From Lama glama (taxonomy: Eukaryota): DNA of 64,000 bases. A program made the translations under genes and the position numbers. The notes beneath the pieces are model-generated. The model was not told where the DNA came from. It ran no database searches and saw only the letters and a list, made by a program, of their open reading frames with translations. The stretch lies in the NCBI GenBank assembly GCA_028534125.1, contig CM052816.1, positions 89,716,001 to 89,780,000 on the forward strand. The letters run 5' to 3'. Positions 38,161 through 51,320 of the stretch are shown here, in pieces (the stretch's first letter is position 1; each line of letters begins with the position of its first letter).

Positions 38161-40309
38161 CAAAAATTATAAAAAAAAAAACCTCCAATTAAATCATAAA
38201 AAAATGAAAACAATTAAAATGGGAAATTTAGAATATATATAAATTGGTGTGGGTTTAAGTTAGTTTGTTAAAGGACAATGTTAAGTCTAAAAGAATGTTG
38301 CAAATATGGGAAAAACACAGTTACTACTTCTGAGGGGTGACCAGTTGTTAAAAAAATGATACATATATAGACAATGTACCATAATAAAGATCATATTTAT
38401 TTGCCTTTATCACCAACACACAGGAAAATTGTGCAGATTACAATAGATTTTGTACCTACAAAATTGCCATCTGGAATACATTTGTAATGTTATGCCTCCT
38501 TTTGCTTGTTTTAATTAGTAACTGACGATTTTGGTTTTGCTTTGTTTAGTAAAACTCTAGGGCTTGTGCCAAGCCATAGAGTATTTTATTTCGTATTTTA
38601 TGTTTTCCTTTTTATCATGTATTTGTCTTGATGACTGTTGTCAATGGCATACTCACAGCAGTTTCTATGTTCTGTTTTATTTATTTCTTGTCCTTCAGAA
38701 TCCTCCCTACTGAATAATTTGTTTCATTCACACGGGCACATTTAATCATTTTTCCATCAGTTTAATTTATTTTATTTTCAACACAGTCATAGTCAGAGTC
38801 TTCTTAGTTGTGCTTTTGTCCCTGTCACACCGTCTGCACTTTTCAGAAGTGATGGAGTAAATAATTTTTGTAGAATCTCTCAAAGCTAAGTAAAACAGAG
38901 CAAGCTCCAAGGAATAAAAAATAACTAGATGGCTGAGACAGAAAATGACAATGAAGCATCACTAATATTTGTCAGTAGTGGAAGGAATTGACAATATTTT
39001 ATTCTGGAGTTTACCTCGGTTTGAATGTAGAAGAGTCAGTGAAGTAAATGTTTATCACCATAGGGAATATTTGACCTGATACTTAACATTTCTACCAACG
39101 CTCTGTGATCTCTTTCTCCCTCCCTCCCTCCATTCATCCATCCATCTGCCTATCCAACTGGAATGCTTTATTTCACCAAATTTAGATATAAAATTGGGTT
39201 ATATTTTGGTTAATTATCAAAGTATATTAGCTCTGAGATTGTATCAGTTGTAACAGCATAAATTTCATATTTTCCTCTCTGTCCAAATGAGCGTTTCTGA
39301 GATTCTCCTAGGAGTGTATATCCATCAGTTCTGTTCGCTTTTTCTCATCTTTCCAGTCCAATGCCCTACACTACACCCTTCACCATTTTTCGCCCTCTCG
39401 TATTACATGTCTATGGCGCTATATCCTGTCCCTTCATGGGGCTGTCCTTGGGGGAGTCTCTCTTCTTGGTCTCCAGAAGGCTCCCTTCCTGCATAAGCTA
39501 GCTACGTACTCTAGGATTTCAGACTTTATCATGCTTTCTTTTTCTCAGACTGCATGTTCACCTGGCTCCTGTTTCATATCCTCTCCAATTAAAATCATCC
39601 ATTTAACATCATAATATTTCATGTTGATAATGTTCTTTGCCAATAGCTGTCACTATATACATATATATTTATATATATAAAGCATAGACAGGCAGAGAGA
39701 GAAGTACATATGTCCCTACAAACACTCATGCACAACTAAATGTGTGTGTAAATATGTAAACACACTGTGGGCAGGTTTGTGTTTTCTATAAGAACAATGA
39801 CCATACAGTTTTTTGGCAAAATTAGGACACTTGGCTGAATGTGAAAAGAGTGCTATTAATAATTATGCTATGATTGTGATTAAATCAAACCTGAGCAGGC
39901 TGCACTGAGGCATATGGTCATCCTAGCCATGAGTGGATGTTTGTTTCATATGAGCTTAAGTAACAGCTTCATGAAATATGTCCCTCCAAGAAAAGGGTGG
40001 TCTCAATGGAGACACATTTTAGACTCTCAACATTTGTTAAAGGCTCTAAAAATGCCATTGTTCTAGTTTTAAATATTTTAAATTTCAGCCTCAAGGTTAA
40101 ATAATAAAGGGGAAAATAACTTTCAACATCTATAGATAGTTTTTCTCAAAATAGATGTGATCATACCTCAGGACACTAACATTTTATTAAAGTTGCTGGG
40201 AAATGTTGATATATATGTAAGTGAAATTGCATTACATATATCATGTTATGCTCTTATCTTTTCACTTAAATTAGGTCATAAATATGATACCATGGCAATT
40301 ATTACTTTT

Positions 40310-40870
40310 ATATCTGGAGGCTCTGGGGAAGGTACTTCCAAGCTCATTCAGGATGTTGGCAGAATTTAATTCAATTAAATTTAATTCAATTTCTTGCAGT
40401 TGTAACTCTCATTTTCTTGAAACATGACCTCCTGGATCTCTAAACCAGCATAGTACATTGAATTTTTGTGCTTCTAATCTCTCTCTCTGTTTCTGCTTTG
40501 AGGGAATTCTGCTGGAATACATATATATATATATTTTTTGATTATATATATATATATATGAAAGAGAGATTTTAAGGAATTGGCTTACAGGCTCATTTGA
40601 TTATGGGAACTGACAAATCCAACATCAGTAGGACTAGCTGACAGGCTGGAACCTCAGGCAGGATTTCTATAACACAATATTGTTTGTAATATAGAAATTG
40701 TTTGACCAAACATCTAAGCATCAAAGCCTGGCCAAAATGACACATCAAGTTAACCATCACGGGACTTGTATGAGTACACTGGGTCTGCCCAAGCAATCCA
40801 GAATAATCTCCCTATTTTAATGCCAACTATTCAGTAATTATAATTACCTTTTCCAAGTCTCCTCTGCATG
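40310..40870 (-). mobile_element. MLT1 LTR fragment with a nested MLT2 (ERVL) LTR piece at ~40515-40760
   Basis: TCTGGAGGCTCTGGGGAAG..TTCCAAGCTCATTCAG..GTTGGCAGAAT and AATCCAGAATAATCTCCCTATTTTAA flank the MLT2 motifs TAAGGAATTGGCTTACA and GCCAAAATGACACATCAAGTTAACCATCAC. Confidence 0.75.
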
Positions 40871-41047
40871 GAATTACTTTGGAAGCTGTCATTATACTTA
40901 ATACAATATGACTTAACATACTTTCAGTTTCTTTAACAGAGAGCAAAGCACAAACGGTACTGAAACGTGGTAGAAGATGACTTCTTACGCACCTAAGAGT
41001 CAGAGCATAGAGTGGTCTAGGGAAGTCATGATCGCTCTAAAATATCA

Positions 41048-41475
41048 ATGTGTTTTATGAGATTTAAAGGATCTTTTAAACGGGGCAGGGCACAACACAG
41101 TGACACTCAGACGGATGAAAGGCAGGTTATCACTTATGTACAGCTCCAAATAAGAGAAGGCTGCCAGGCCTGGACACGCAGAGGTCTACACAGAGAAAGG
41201 GTGACAGCATACTGGAGCTGTGGGGACATTGTACGTATGGGGAGTGGGGTGAAATTAGCTAGTATCAAGGGCTCCATGTGGTTTGGCTGGTTTAAAGAAT
41301 TGCAGTAGGCTCTGAGGCACAGGGACTGTCCCTAACTACCTGGCCCTTGACCCTGGAGCAGTTAAGGCTGGTGTATGGTGGCCGTGCAGTGTGAGATTTC
41401 CATTAGAGGAGTGGGTAGGAGTGTGGACTTCACTGATTGCTCAATCAGGGAAACTGACAACTTCTAGCTGAATCA
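41048..41475 (-). mobile_element. ERVL LTR (MER54/73/74-like)
   Basis: GGCTCTGAGGCACAGGGACTGTCCCTAACT..CCCTGGAGCAGTTAAGGC..GTGTGAGA. Confidence 0.6.
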
Positions 41476-41819
41476 TGACAGTACAATAAAAACGTGAAAA
41501 AAAAAAAACAAACCTCTGTTAAACAAGAATATGATGTTCCTTGTCTGCATTTTTCTAAGATGTTGTTCTTGCCTGGATTGTTCAAAGTAATTCATCACAG
41601 TTGTCTGCTTTCCATAAGCAGGACTGGGAAAAAGAAAAAGGGAGAAAGTGCGTTCTCGGTAGACATGGTGGAGAAGTTGCACACATTGCTTTTTCTCAGA
41701 GAAGACTAAAGAGATCTTGATTCCATGTCCAGATCAAACTATCAAGCATGCCAGGAACTTACAATCTCATCTTGCATATTTAGATGCATAGATCAAAGTC
41801 CTATAAACTATCAAAAAGT

Positions 41820-42230
41820 CAAAATAATGAGGGACAAACGCTAGAGTTGGTAACAGTGGTGATGAAGAGAAGTAAGTAGATTAAATACATTTTTGTGGTA
41901 AAAGTCATCGGGCACTAAAGCTTCTTGTGTAAAAGGTAAGAGGGAATATCTCAGTATTCTGAGTTATACAGTGGAATAGATGATGAATACAGATTGAGAT
42001 GGGAAACACTGGGTAACAAGTTTGAGAATTAGATTTAGAAAAAGAGAAGCACAAAAAGACCTTACAGAGGAGGCTGAGAAATCCCTGACAAAGGCAATTA
42101 GCAAAACCAACAAATTCTGATGTCAGAGAATATAAGAATTAAAAAAGATATGAAATCGAAGTCAGTGGTATAGAATGTTGAAGAAATATTATCAGAAAAG
42201 AAGAAATGATTGACACATGTTGAAAGCATA
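41820..42230 (-). mobile_element. L2 fragments
   Basis: GGTAACAGTGGTGATGAAGAGAAG..AGATT and TGAGATGGGAAACACTGG. Confidence 0.55.
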
Positions 42231-43649
42231 AGAAAACAATGGACCTACAATGATGATTACAATCCTTTCACAAGCAGTGAGTTTAAGCTGATTTTGTGAC
42301 CAAACACTGTGACTACATTGCAGGTAAACAACTAAAGAATAGCTGTTCCCATCAGTGAGCAGGAAACACTTTGGTTCACACCATCCATGTCTAATTAGAA
42401 CATGCTGGAAGATTCTTCCATTTTAATCATTATTGAAAAGAGTGTTCATGACAAACTATGAGTGCAATTTTTGACGTTCACTCTATTCTTAAACTATGCA
42501 AACAGAATTAAAAATTTTCGAAGAAGCATAGAAACGCCCTTTTAAAGCATTGATTCTTCCAATTAACTCCAGGAATCTAAGAATATGGGTGAGTCATGAA
42601 TTCATTTTGGAAAAGAAAATGTATTTATTTTAACTAACCTCTGAGTGCATTTTAGTATTTCTTTCATTTATCAATAAAGGGTGGGGAAATCACAGCAGAA
42701 CCTTTGGTTTAATGGAAACCATAAATATTTTCATATCAGATATTACATAGATTGCAATATAGCATATATGTTTATCCCTATTTTGAAATTATGTTTTTAT
42801 TACACCTATCATTAATTTATTTTACTGCATTTATTTAAAAAGTATTTACATTATCGCACCATATTTAAAATTTGACATCTATACTTCAGTATAATTAGTT
42901 TACTTTGTAATTCTCTGTATTTTATTTCATAGATTTAAAATGGGGAAGCATCCAACCTATTTTAGCAACGGGCCAGAGGGCTACATGTCACACAAAGAAT
43001 ATGACTCCTTTAAATCAGGAGGCCACCAAAAAGAGCCTCATGGCCCATGAGTAAAGTATGTGTTTATATTTTAAAAACTAAGTGGCTTTTTAAAAAAAAA
43101 TTTTAATCATTGTATACCTGTGTTTTTTGATAAAGGATTTTAAAGAACTTATGGTGGTATTTTGTGGAAAGCATCACTTGTAAACGTCATTAATATATCT
43201 ACTTACTCTGAATTCTTTATTTCTTCCAGAGACCACTTCAAGGGTTATATCGCTTTTCCTCCAAATAATACTGGAGAGTCTCATTTCTTTAGGTAATATT
43301 GAATTCTGGAATATGGGCCCCATTTCTCACCTCATTTTTTGTCCTACGGCTATACTCATAACTTGAACGCTAACCTCTAAATTAGGTCTCTCATCGGATA
43401 ACTATAGTTTTCACACTGTGAAAATGTTTTAAAGTGACTTGCAAGCTATAAGGAATCTAACATGCCAGGTTAGCTTTCAAAATATTTCACTTTATTCGAA
43501 TGCAAACATTTAAACTTTTCCAAATAAAATATACAGTGTTTCTTTCCTGTTCAGACAGTGATTAAAATAAAAGTAATACAAATTCATAATTGTGTTTTAG
43601 AGATTGAAAACATTATTAGAATTTTGTCTTGAAATTTATTCTCTAGTTC

Positions 43650-43868
43650 AGATCGGTGTGGCACCCAAATAAGGTGAACTTACCCTTCCTCGGAGTATAT
43701 GTGCAATGACTGGAGAATTTTTAGTTGCCATTACTAAGAGTGGTATTAGCAGCTAGTGTCTAGAGGTCAGAAGTGCTACTAATATTTTGCAAAGCACAAG
43801 AACAGCATCTTACAACAAAGAATTGTCTATTCCTTAAAGTCAACAATACTGAGATTGAGAAATTCTGG
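43650..43868. mobile_element. MER20 hAT-Charlie DNA transposon fossil
   Basis: CTAGTGTCTAGAGGTCAG..TGCTACTAA..ACAACAAAGAATTGTCT..GTCAACAATACTGAGATTGAGAAATTCTG. Confidence 0.75.
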
Positions 43869-44059
43869 TTCATATGGTTGAATCAATATAGTGAATAAGA
43901 AAATCAGTTAGAAGTCCCAATGAATTAACACACATTCCCTTATATGGAATTTCTATGTCCCCTATTAACATCTCTTAACTGTTTCCCTCTCTAATGTCAA
44001 ATCAATATTTACATACTTGAGTGTGTTCATGTGTCTTCCATAAAGAAAGATTTTCATCC

Positions 44060-45830
44060 ATCATATTTCTCCCTCGAATTACTGCCCTACATCATACTTA
44101 CCATGGTCTGTGCATCCCACTGTCTCCACTCTTCTAACTCCCTTTTATTTACTTCTAAATTGGTTGAATCTCAATATGCCAATGAAATGTCTCTTGCCAA
44201 TATTAGTGAGCTTCTCTTACTAAACCTGAAGGACATTTTCTGATTTGTTTTTCTTGCTTAACCATCAGGTACATTGACATTCTCTCTCTCTCTCTCTTTC
44301 TTTCTCTCTCTCTCTCTCTCTTTAAATCAGGACCACACTATGTTTATCTCGAAGTATTTTCTTATTTGCCTCTCAAGGCACTGCACCTACCCGGACTTTT
44401 TTTTCCCCCCCACTCACTTACATTGACCTGAAACAAATAGACTGCCAGATATTTCTCCAGCAAAGATGAGTTTGGTCAGAATCAGCCAAGAATTGCAATT
44501 TGGAATCTGCAACCCTGGTGAGCCATGGGCAAGTCCTCTTATCAGCAAGGGAAGGAGAACGCTTCTTGGAGAGGAAAAGGACTTTGGGGGGGCTATAGTA
44601 AGTAAAGAGTGAGTCCTTCTCAGGGAAGAAGAGGAGTTTTCTTTCTTCCTGTTGGGCTGGACTGTTGTCACAGGGGGTGAGCGCTCCCTCTTCTGGTCTC
44701 ACCACTCTATTTAACTGAGATTTCTGTTTAGTAATTTTTACACTTACTCACACGCTCCTCTGCCTCTTCATCCATGTCCTCATTCTCACTGATCAAACGC
44801 AATGTTGACTTTTCTGGAAACTGGATGGATGCCTCTCCTTTTCTCATTCTTCCTACAGCCAGAGTTGATAGCACTTGCTCTGGCAACTTCACATATCATC
44901 TCCAGAAGGATCCCAAATCCTATTTTGATCTTTATTTTCTGTTTTAGAAATAGACCTAATTATCAAATCATCTGCTTGTGACTACAGTGTAACTATCTCC
45001 CAAAGAACATGTCCACAGTGGGACATGTTCTACCCCAAACATGCTCCTATGCCTGTGTTTTGTATCTTTATAAATGACACTATGACCTGATTAATGATTG
45101 AAACCAAATATTTGGGAGTTTATATTAAAACATACTCGATTTGTTGGCCTAACTCAACTTTATATCTAACCAAGTACTACCAATCAGTCTTCATAGCAAG
45201 CTCTCAACTCCGTATAATGTCCTATGTTCCCCTTTGCCATGGCTCTGCCATTGCCTGTCTTCATTGTTTAATCTTGATTTCTGCAAAACCCTCTGAATGC
45301 TCTCTTTGCGCCTTTTCTGCTTAAAAATGTTAATTGTCCTCTATAGCCTCACTGTAAATGTCTTATCCTGGTTTACAAAGTCCCACATACTATAGTCCCT
45401 AATAACTTTAGTGCCTCAACTTTTACCAACTACTCCACCTCACTCTGTTTTACTGATATACTTTGATTTCTTGATCAAAGACTGAACCCACTGCCAGGTG
45501 GCAGACATTTTATTCTATTATCTTGGAACATTCCTTTCCCCCATTGCCAAGCTAATTCCAACTTACATCTTAAGCTCCAAAATAAGCTTAAATTGTCCTG
45601 GAAATATATTCTAGTCCCACCATCTTAAATCTGGCTTCAATGTTCATCTTTCTAAACATCCATAATACTCTCCTTTTCTCTCATCTTAATTTTTATCATA
45701 TTGTATTTTAAGTATCTATTTGTTTGTTTATTTTAGTCACTAACTTACGGTACTTGGACTATTGTATGTATTGCTCACTATTTTATTCTCAACATTTAAT
45801 ACATTCTGCTTCCTCCAAAATAAGCCCTTA
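44060..45830 (+). mobile_element. Degraded L2 fragments (interrupted by a CT repeat at ~44281-44320 and a solo LTR)
   Basis: Pyrimidine-rich L2-like patches, e.g. GAAATGTCTCTTGCCAA, TCTTATCCTGGTTTACAAAGTCCC and CTTGGAACATTCCTTTCCCCC. Confidence 0.55.
44421..44742 (-). mobile_element. ERV1 solo LTR, same family as the LTR at 870-1189
   Basis: 4-bp TSD CTTA (44417-44420 and 44743-44746); end-to-end similarity with 870-1189. Confidence 0.85.
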
Positions 45831-45987
45831 AAACCAATTTTAATTTTATTCTTATTCATAAAACTTCTATCAGATTTTTTTCAACCTAAACTGATACTAC
45901 CTTCATTTAAATTCACAGCACTAATGATCTTCCACACTTTCTCAAACCAAATAAAACATTGAGCACCTGTACTTAGAATATAAGACA

Positions 45988-46900
45988 TTGACACAAGAAA
46001 TTGAAGCTACCACAAGCAGATGAAAAGATATACTGTGTTCTTAGAATGGAAGAATCAATAATGTTAAAATGACCATATTACCCAAGGTTATATACAGAAT
46101 TAACGCTATCCCTATCAAAATACCCATGGACATTTTTTACAAAACTAGAGCAAATAATTTTAAAATTTATATGGAAACACAAAAGAGCCTGGATAGCCAA
46201 ACAATCTTGAGAAATAAGAGCAAAGCTGGAGGAATCATGCTTCCTGACTTCAGACCATACTACAAAATGGCAGTAATCAAAACAGTATAATAGAGGCATA
46301 AAAACAGAAACACACACCAATGGGGCAGGAAACAGAGCCCAGAAATAAACCCATGCACTTATGGTCAATTAATCTACAGCAAAGGCCACTTCCCCCCACT
46401 GTATGTGTGTGTGTACACACACACACACACATGTGCACCCACACAATGGAATGTTTTCAGCCATAAGAAAGAATAAACTTTTGCTGTTTGCAAAAACATG
46501 GTTGGGCTTGGAGGGCGATATGCTAAGTGAAGTAGGTCAGATAGAAAAAGGCAACACTGTATGTTATCATTTATATGTGGAATTGAAAAAATACGACAAA
46601 CTAATGAATATAACAAAAAAGAAGCAGACTAACAAATGTAGAGAAGAAACTAGTGATTACCAGTGGGAGAGGGAAGGTGGGAGGGGAAATACAGGGGTCA
46701 AAGGTAAGAGGTACATACTGTTATGTATAAAATAAGCTAAAAGGATATATTGTACCACAGAGGGAATATAATCAATATTTATAATAACTACAAATGAAGT
46801 ATAACCTTTGAAAATTGTGAATCACTATATTATACACCTGTAACTTATTTAATATTGTACAGCACCTATATTTCAATAAATCAAATTAAAAAAGAGAAAA
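45988..46900 (+). mobile_element. L1 ORF2 3' fragments and 3'UTR (artiodactyl-type), internally deleted
   Basis: ORF track [19 protein letters not shown]...[15 protein letters not shown] is L1 ORF2. The sequence jumps at ~46385 to the ORF2 end and 3'UTR, ending ..CAATAAA with an A-rich tail. Confidence 0.9.
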
Positions 46901-46931
46901 TTCCTGATATGCTATATTTGTTTATAGAAAT

Positions 46932-46942
46932 GTGTGCGTGTG

Positions 46943-46986
<44 letters not shown>
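46932..46986. repeat. Compound (TG)(TA)n(CA)n microsatellite
   Basis: Read directly from the sequence. Confidence 0.9.
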
Positions 46987-46987
<1 letters not shown>

Positions 46988-47377
46988 TATTCTTGGTAAA
47001 GCATTTCAAATTTATCATTTTTTCCTAGAAAATTATAGAAATTAAATGAATTTCCTAACTATTCAATAAATTCAATCAAAAGCATACCTGGTGGATAAAA
47101 TTCAGAAATTGTAACTCATAATAATGAACTGGTTCTCTATCTTTCATAAGATTTCTAAAACACATTGATTTTATTAAGTTTTTTTAGGATTTCACTTATA
47201 TAAATGGTACATATTATCTATGATAAGAAATTATATATAAAGAAAGGAGAGGTAAATGTTGAGAATTTGAGATGATCATGGCAGGAGGAGTTAAAAACAG
47301 GTTATCTGTTAGCTTGTGTAAAGAAATAAGGACTAGGATATCACAACTCCTGCAAATATACAGATGTACAAGAATTT

Positions 47378-48174
47378 TTTATTTTTTTAATGAAGTATAG
47401 TCAGTTTACAATGTTATGTCAATTTCTGGCATACAACATGTTTAAGTCATACATATACATACATATATTTGCTTTCATATTCTTTTTCATTATAGGTTAC
47501 TACAAGCTATTAAATATAGTTCCCTGTGCTATACAGAAACTTGTTGTTTATCTATTTTATATATACTAGTTAATATTTGCAAATCTCTATCTCTTAATTT
47601 ATTCTTTCCCACCTCCTTCACCCCTTGGTAACCATAAGATTGTTTACTATGTCTATGAGTCTGTTTCTGTTTTGTAGATAAGTTCATTAGTGTCTTCATT
47701 TTTCTGTTTTTAGATTCCACATATGAGTGTATCATATGATAATTTTCTTTATCTTTCTGGCTTATCTCACGTAGAATGAAGATCTCCAGGCCCATCCATG
47801 ATGCTGCAAGGGGTATTAATTTTCTTGACTGAGTAGTATTCCATTGTATAAATATACCACAACTTCTTTGCCCAGTCATCTGTCAGTGGACATTTAGGTT
47901 GTTTCCATGTTTTCTTTGCTATTGTAAATAGTGCTGCTGGAAACATTGGGGTGCATGTATCTTTTTGAATTAAAGTTCCCTCTGGATATACACTCAAGTA
48001 TATGCTCAGGAGTGGGATTGCTGGATCATAGGTATGTCTGTTTTTAGTTTTTTCAGGAATCCCCATACTATTTTCCATAATGGCTGCATGCAACTGCATT
48101 CTGATCAACAGTGTAGGAGGGCTCCCTTTTCTCCACATTCTCTCCAGCATTTTCCATTTGTGCACTTTTTAATA
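47378..48174 (-). mobile_element. Young 5'-truncated L1 (camelid-type 3'UTR) with TSD
   Basis: ORF2 C-terminus (QKDTCTPMF..WKQPKCP..KKLWYIYTMEYYS), poly-T tail, and TSD ATGTACAAGAATTT (47364-47377) / ATCTATAAGAATTT (48175-48188). Confidence 0.9.
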
Positions 48175-48424
48175 ATCTATAAGAATTTGAATTATTCTTT
48201 TCCTGACTAAGAAATTGAACTGCATGGTGCAAAATTAAAGTCAATTTAATAAGTACAGTCACATAATTGCTGAATTAAATAAAAACAAACAATCATTTGC
48301 ATTTCATGAACAAGAATAACACAATCATTTTTATGCCATGCTTTTAAAGTATTTGTATTGCTGTATATTATGTATAATAAGTAGAACAGATTATAGACAA
48401 AAAAGCTTAATTACTCTTTAAACA

Positions 48425-49770
48425 AACATTTTTATTTTAGAATGGTTTAAGATTTCCTGGAAAAACAAAGGAATGTGAAGATAGTACAGAATTTGCATAT
48501 ATCACACACCCAGTTTCTCCTATTATTGACATCTAATATTAGTGCTGTATATTTGTTATAATTAATGAACCAGTACTGATAAATTATTATTTGTGAAAGC
48601 CCATACATTATTCAGATTTCCTCAGTTCTTTCCAGGATTCCATACTACATTTACTCATCATGTTTTCCCAGGCTCCTCTCGGCTCTGCTCCTCTCTAAGA
48701 GGTAGACTTTGTCGATTTTATCTATTGCTTTCTGTTTTAAATTTTATTGATTTCTGTTCTTATATGTATTTTTTCTGCTTACTTAAGGCTTACACTACAT
48801 ACCTTTTTCCATGTTTTCTAAGGTGGAAAATCAGGTTATTGATTTTAGACTTTTTTTGTTTGCTAATCCATGCAATTGATGCTTTAAATGTCTTACAAAA
48901 TTTTGTTGCAGCTAAGGAATTTGACGTAGGTAACCCCTGACAGTTGGTTTTTCTATTTTGTAATGCAAGTGCTAGACTTAAGATTTGATTGCCAAAGTAT
49001 CTACTTCAAAGAGGCATCTATTTTAGAGACTGCTGTCTCAATAAACACATTGCCAGCCACAGGACTAGACTAAGGGCCAGGCCACCTTCCCTCACTGAGG
49101 TTCGTTTGTTATAGAGATTTGGTTGATTTCAGTAACTAAGCATTTACACTGCTTGTTTTTTCTCTTCTTGTACTTTCATGTTTTAAATTCGCCAACAAAG
49201 AGTGAGCCCGTGAACCCAGAGCCTCTACTTTCAACTCCAATAAAAGAAAAATCCCAGGTGTGCAATGAAACTTCCAGGACTTACAGGTAATAAAACTCTC
49301 TTTCAAAGTTTCCTGATGGCTATTGCTATTGGTGTCTTGCAGTCACAATAAGAACCACACACACTGGACCAGCCACAGCATTGGTTATGGATAGTCTGAG
49401 ACCAAAACAAAACCTTAGTGTAAATTATACTTTCATTTTGTTAAAAAAATTCCTTTGAGACCTCTTATTTGACACATATATTACATGTTATGCTTATATG
49501 TTATTTGTTAAGAATATGCTGTTTAATTTCCAAATATTTGAGGATATTTACACTGTATTTCTGTTTTGGTTTCTATTTTAAGTCCAGGTCATGAGAGATG
49601 TACTTTGTATAACTTCTGTTCTTTCACATTTGTTAAGTTATGTTTTCTGGCTTATAATGTAGCCTGTCATGTTGAATGCTCCATACATGCTTGAGAAGAA
49701 TATATATTTTGCTCTTTGGGGATGAAATATTCTACAAATGCCAATTACATAAAGTCACAGTACTATTTAG
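48425..49770 (-). mobile_element. Old L1 (L1MC-like 3' end and ORF2 pieces), interrupted by an LTR
   Basis: AAGATAGTACAGA..CACACACCCAGTTTCTCCTATTATT and GTTTAATTTCCAAATATTTG..TGCTTGAGAAGAAT. Confidence 0.75.
48904..49377 (+). mobile_element. ERVL solo LTR (MER54/73/74-like) nested in L1
   Basis: TGTTG...CCACA ends, GGTAATAAAACTC, and GTCACAATAAGAACCAC..GGACCAGCCACA. Confidence 0.6.
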
Positions 49771-49879
49771 AAACTATCAATAAATTGGCCTAAATCTTTA
49801 CATCAAGCCATCACTCATTCTCATTGTAGATGGAATAACTTGGATTCTTTATTCTTGGATAATGTCTCTCTTCCATTGT

Positions 49880-50620
49880 CTTTCAATGTCTTCCCAGGCT
49901 GAAACAAAAAAGGTGAGAAAAGTTACTGCCAGTTTGTACAGATCTGTGTACAAATTAGAGTCAACATTCAGCCATCTGGGCATAGGAAAATGTGGTTGTT
50001 GACTAAGGAAAAAGTGGTCAGACTAAGAACACTGGGAGACTAAGCAAGCTTTTCTTGGAACTCATCTCCAGAACTTGACTTGGCATGGCACCACCAATGC
50101 GTCATTTGTAAATAATGGTCATATCTTATTTGGGGCTATGTATATAGATAGAGTCTGCTTTATGACAGACAATTCATGCTCATAGTTACCTGTTATCCAA
50201 CGTTTAGATATTCATTCTAGCAACCCATGAGTTATATCTCAAAGAAGAATAATTACTTGCCAAGAAGGCATAACTTTAGAATAAAACTATGGGGGACTAT
50301 TGTTATGACTTGTGTCAGGGTTTACCGGTGTTCACACAGTGTGCTGTTCTGTCTCAGACATCCTGCATAATATTGGGTCTGCTAAATCAGAGGGTGGAGT
50401 GTTGAAGCTGAACGCATTTCCACCTTAAACAGAGAAACCTCTTTATTTTTGAACCCTATCAAGCCTAGACACTTTTCCATTTATTCAGTAAAATTATGGG
50501 AGAAGCATATCCAATTTTGTGTATGTTGTTTTCAAATTCTCACATCTTATCAAGCATTGTATCTCTAACTTAATGGTAGGAAGTTTAAAGTTTAGAAAGC
50601 AATATTACTTAGAGCACATC
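49880..50620 (-). mobile_element. Degraded ERVL pol (tether/RNase H region)
   Basis: The minus strand reads GATTTAGCAGACCCAATATT..ATGCCTTCTTGGCAAGTAATTATTCTTCTTTGAGA, resembling ERV-L pol. Confidence 0.5.
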
Positions 50621-50649
50621 CATTTATCCAAAATAATATTTAAAGACAT

Positions 50650-50970
50650 ATTTTTAGAGTAGTTTCAAGTTCACAGCAAAATAGGAAGGTACAGAGATTT
50701 CCAATATACCCTGTAGTCCTACACATTTGTAGCCTCCTGCATTATCAACATCCCCCACTAGAGTGGTGCGTTTGGTATAACTGATCAATGTATATTGACA
50801 CGTCATAATCACCCTAAGTTCATAGTTTACATATGGATTCACTCTTGGTGTTGTATATTCAATGAGCTTGGACAAATGTATAATGATGTATTCATTGTTA
50901 AAGTATCATATAGTATTTTCATTTCCCTAAAAATCTTCCAGGCCCCATTTATTCATCTCCACATCCCAAC
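50650..50970 (-). mobile_element. L1MC-like 3' end
   Basis: GGTACAGAGATTTCCAATATACCC..AGAGTGGTGCGTTTG..GGATTCACTCTTGGTGTTGTA. Confidence 0.85.
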
Positions 50971-51320
50971 TGCTATGTTCTGTATGTTTGTGTCCCTGCA
51001 AAATTCACATATTGAAATTCTAAAGCCCAATGTAACAGTATTAGATTTGGAGACTCTGGGATGAGATTAGGTTATCAGTGTGAGCTCTTATGAATGGGGA
51101 TTAGTGGCCTTTTTAAAGAAACCTCAGAAAGATCCCTTGCTCCTCTCACCACTTAAGGAAAGAGGGAGAAGTAGTCAAGGAGATCCTCACCAAAACCTAA
51201 TCATGCTAGCTCCCTGATCTTGGATTTCCAAACTCTAGAACTGTGAAAAATAAATTTCTGTTGTATATAAGCTCCTCAGGCCATGATATTTTGTTATAGC
51301 AGCCTGGATGGTCAAGGATG
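50971..51320 (+). mobile_element. MLT1A-like MaLR solo LTR with 5-bp TSD CCAAC
   Basis: TGCTATG..TGTTTGTGTCCC..AAATTCACATATTGAAAT..AGAACTGTGAAAAATAAATTTCTGTTG; TSD at 50966-50970 and 51321-51325. Confidence 0.9.

Noticed and set aside
46069..48165. ORFs with protein-like sequence (MTILPKVIY..., ..WKQPKCP..)
   Set aside because: Fragments of LINE-1 ORF2 in truncated, frameshifted copies, not host genes.
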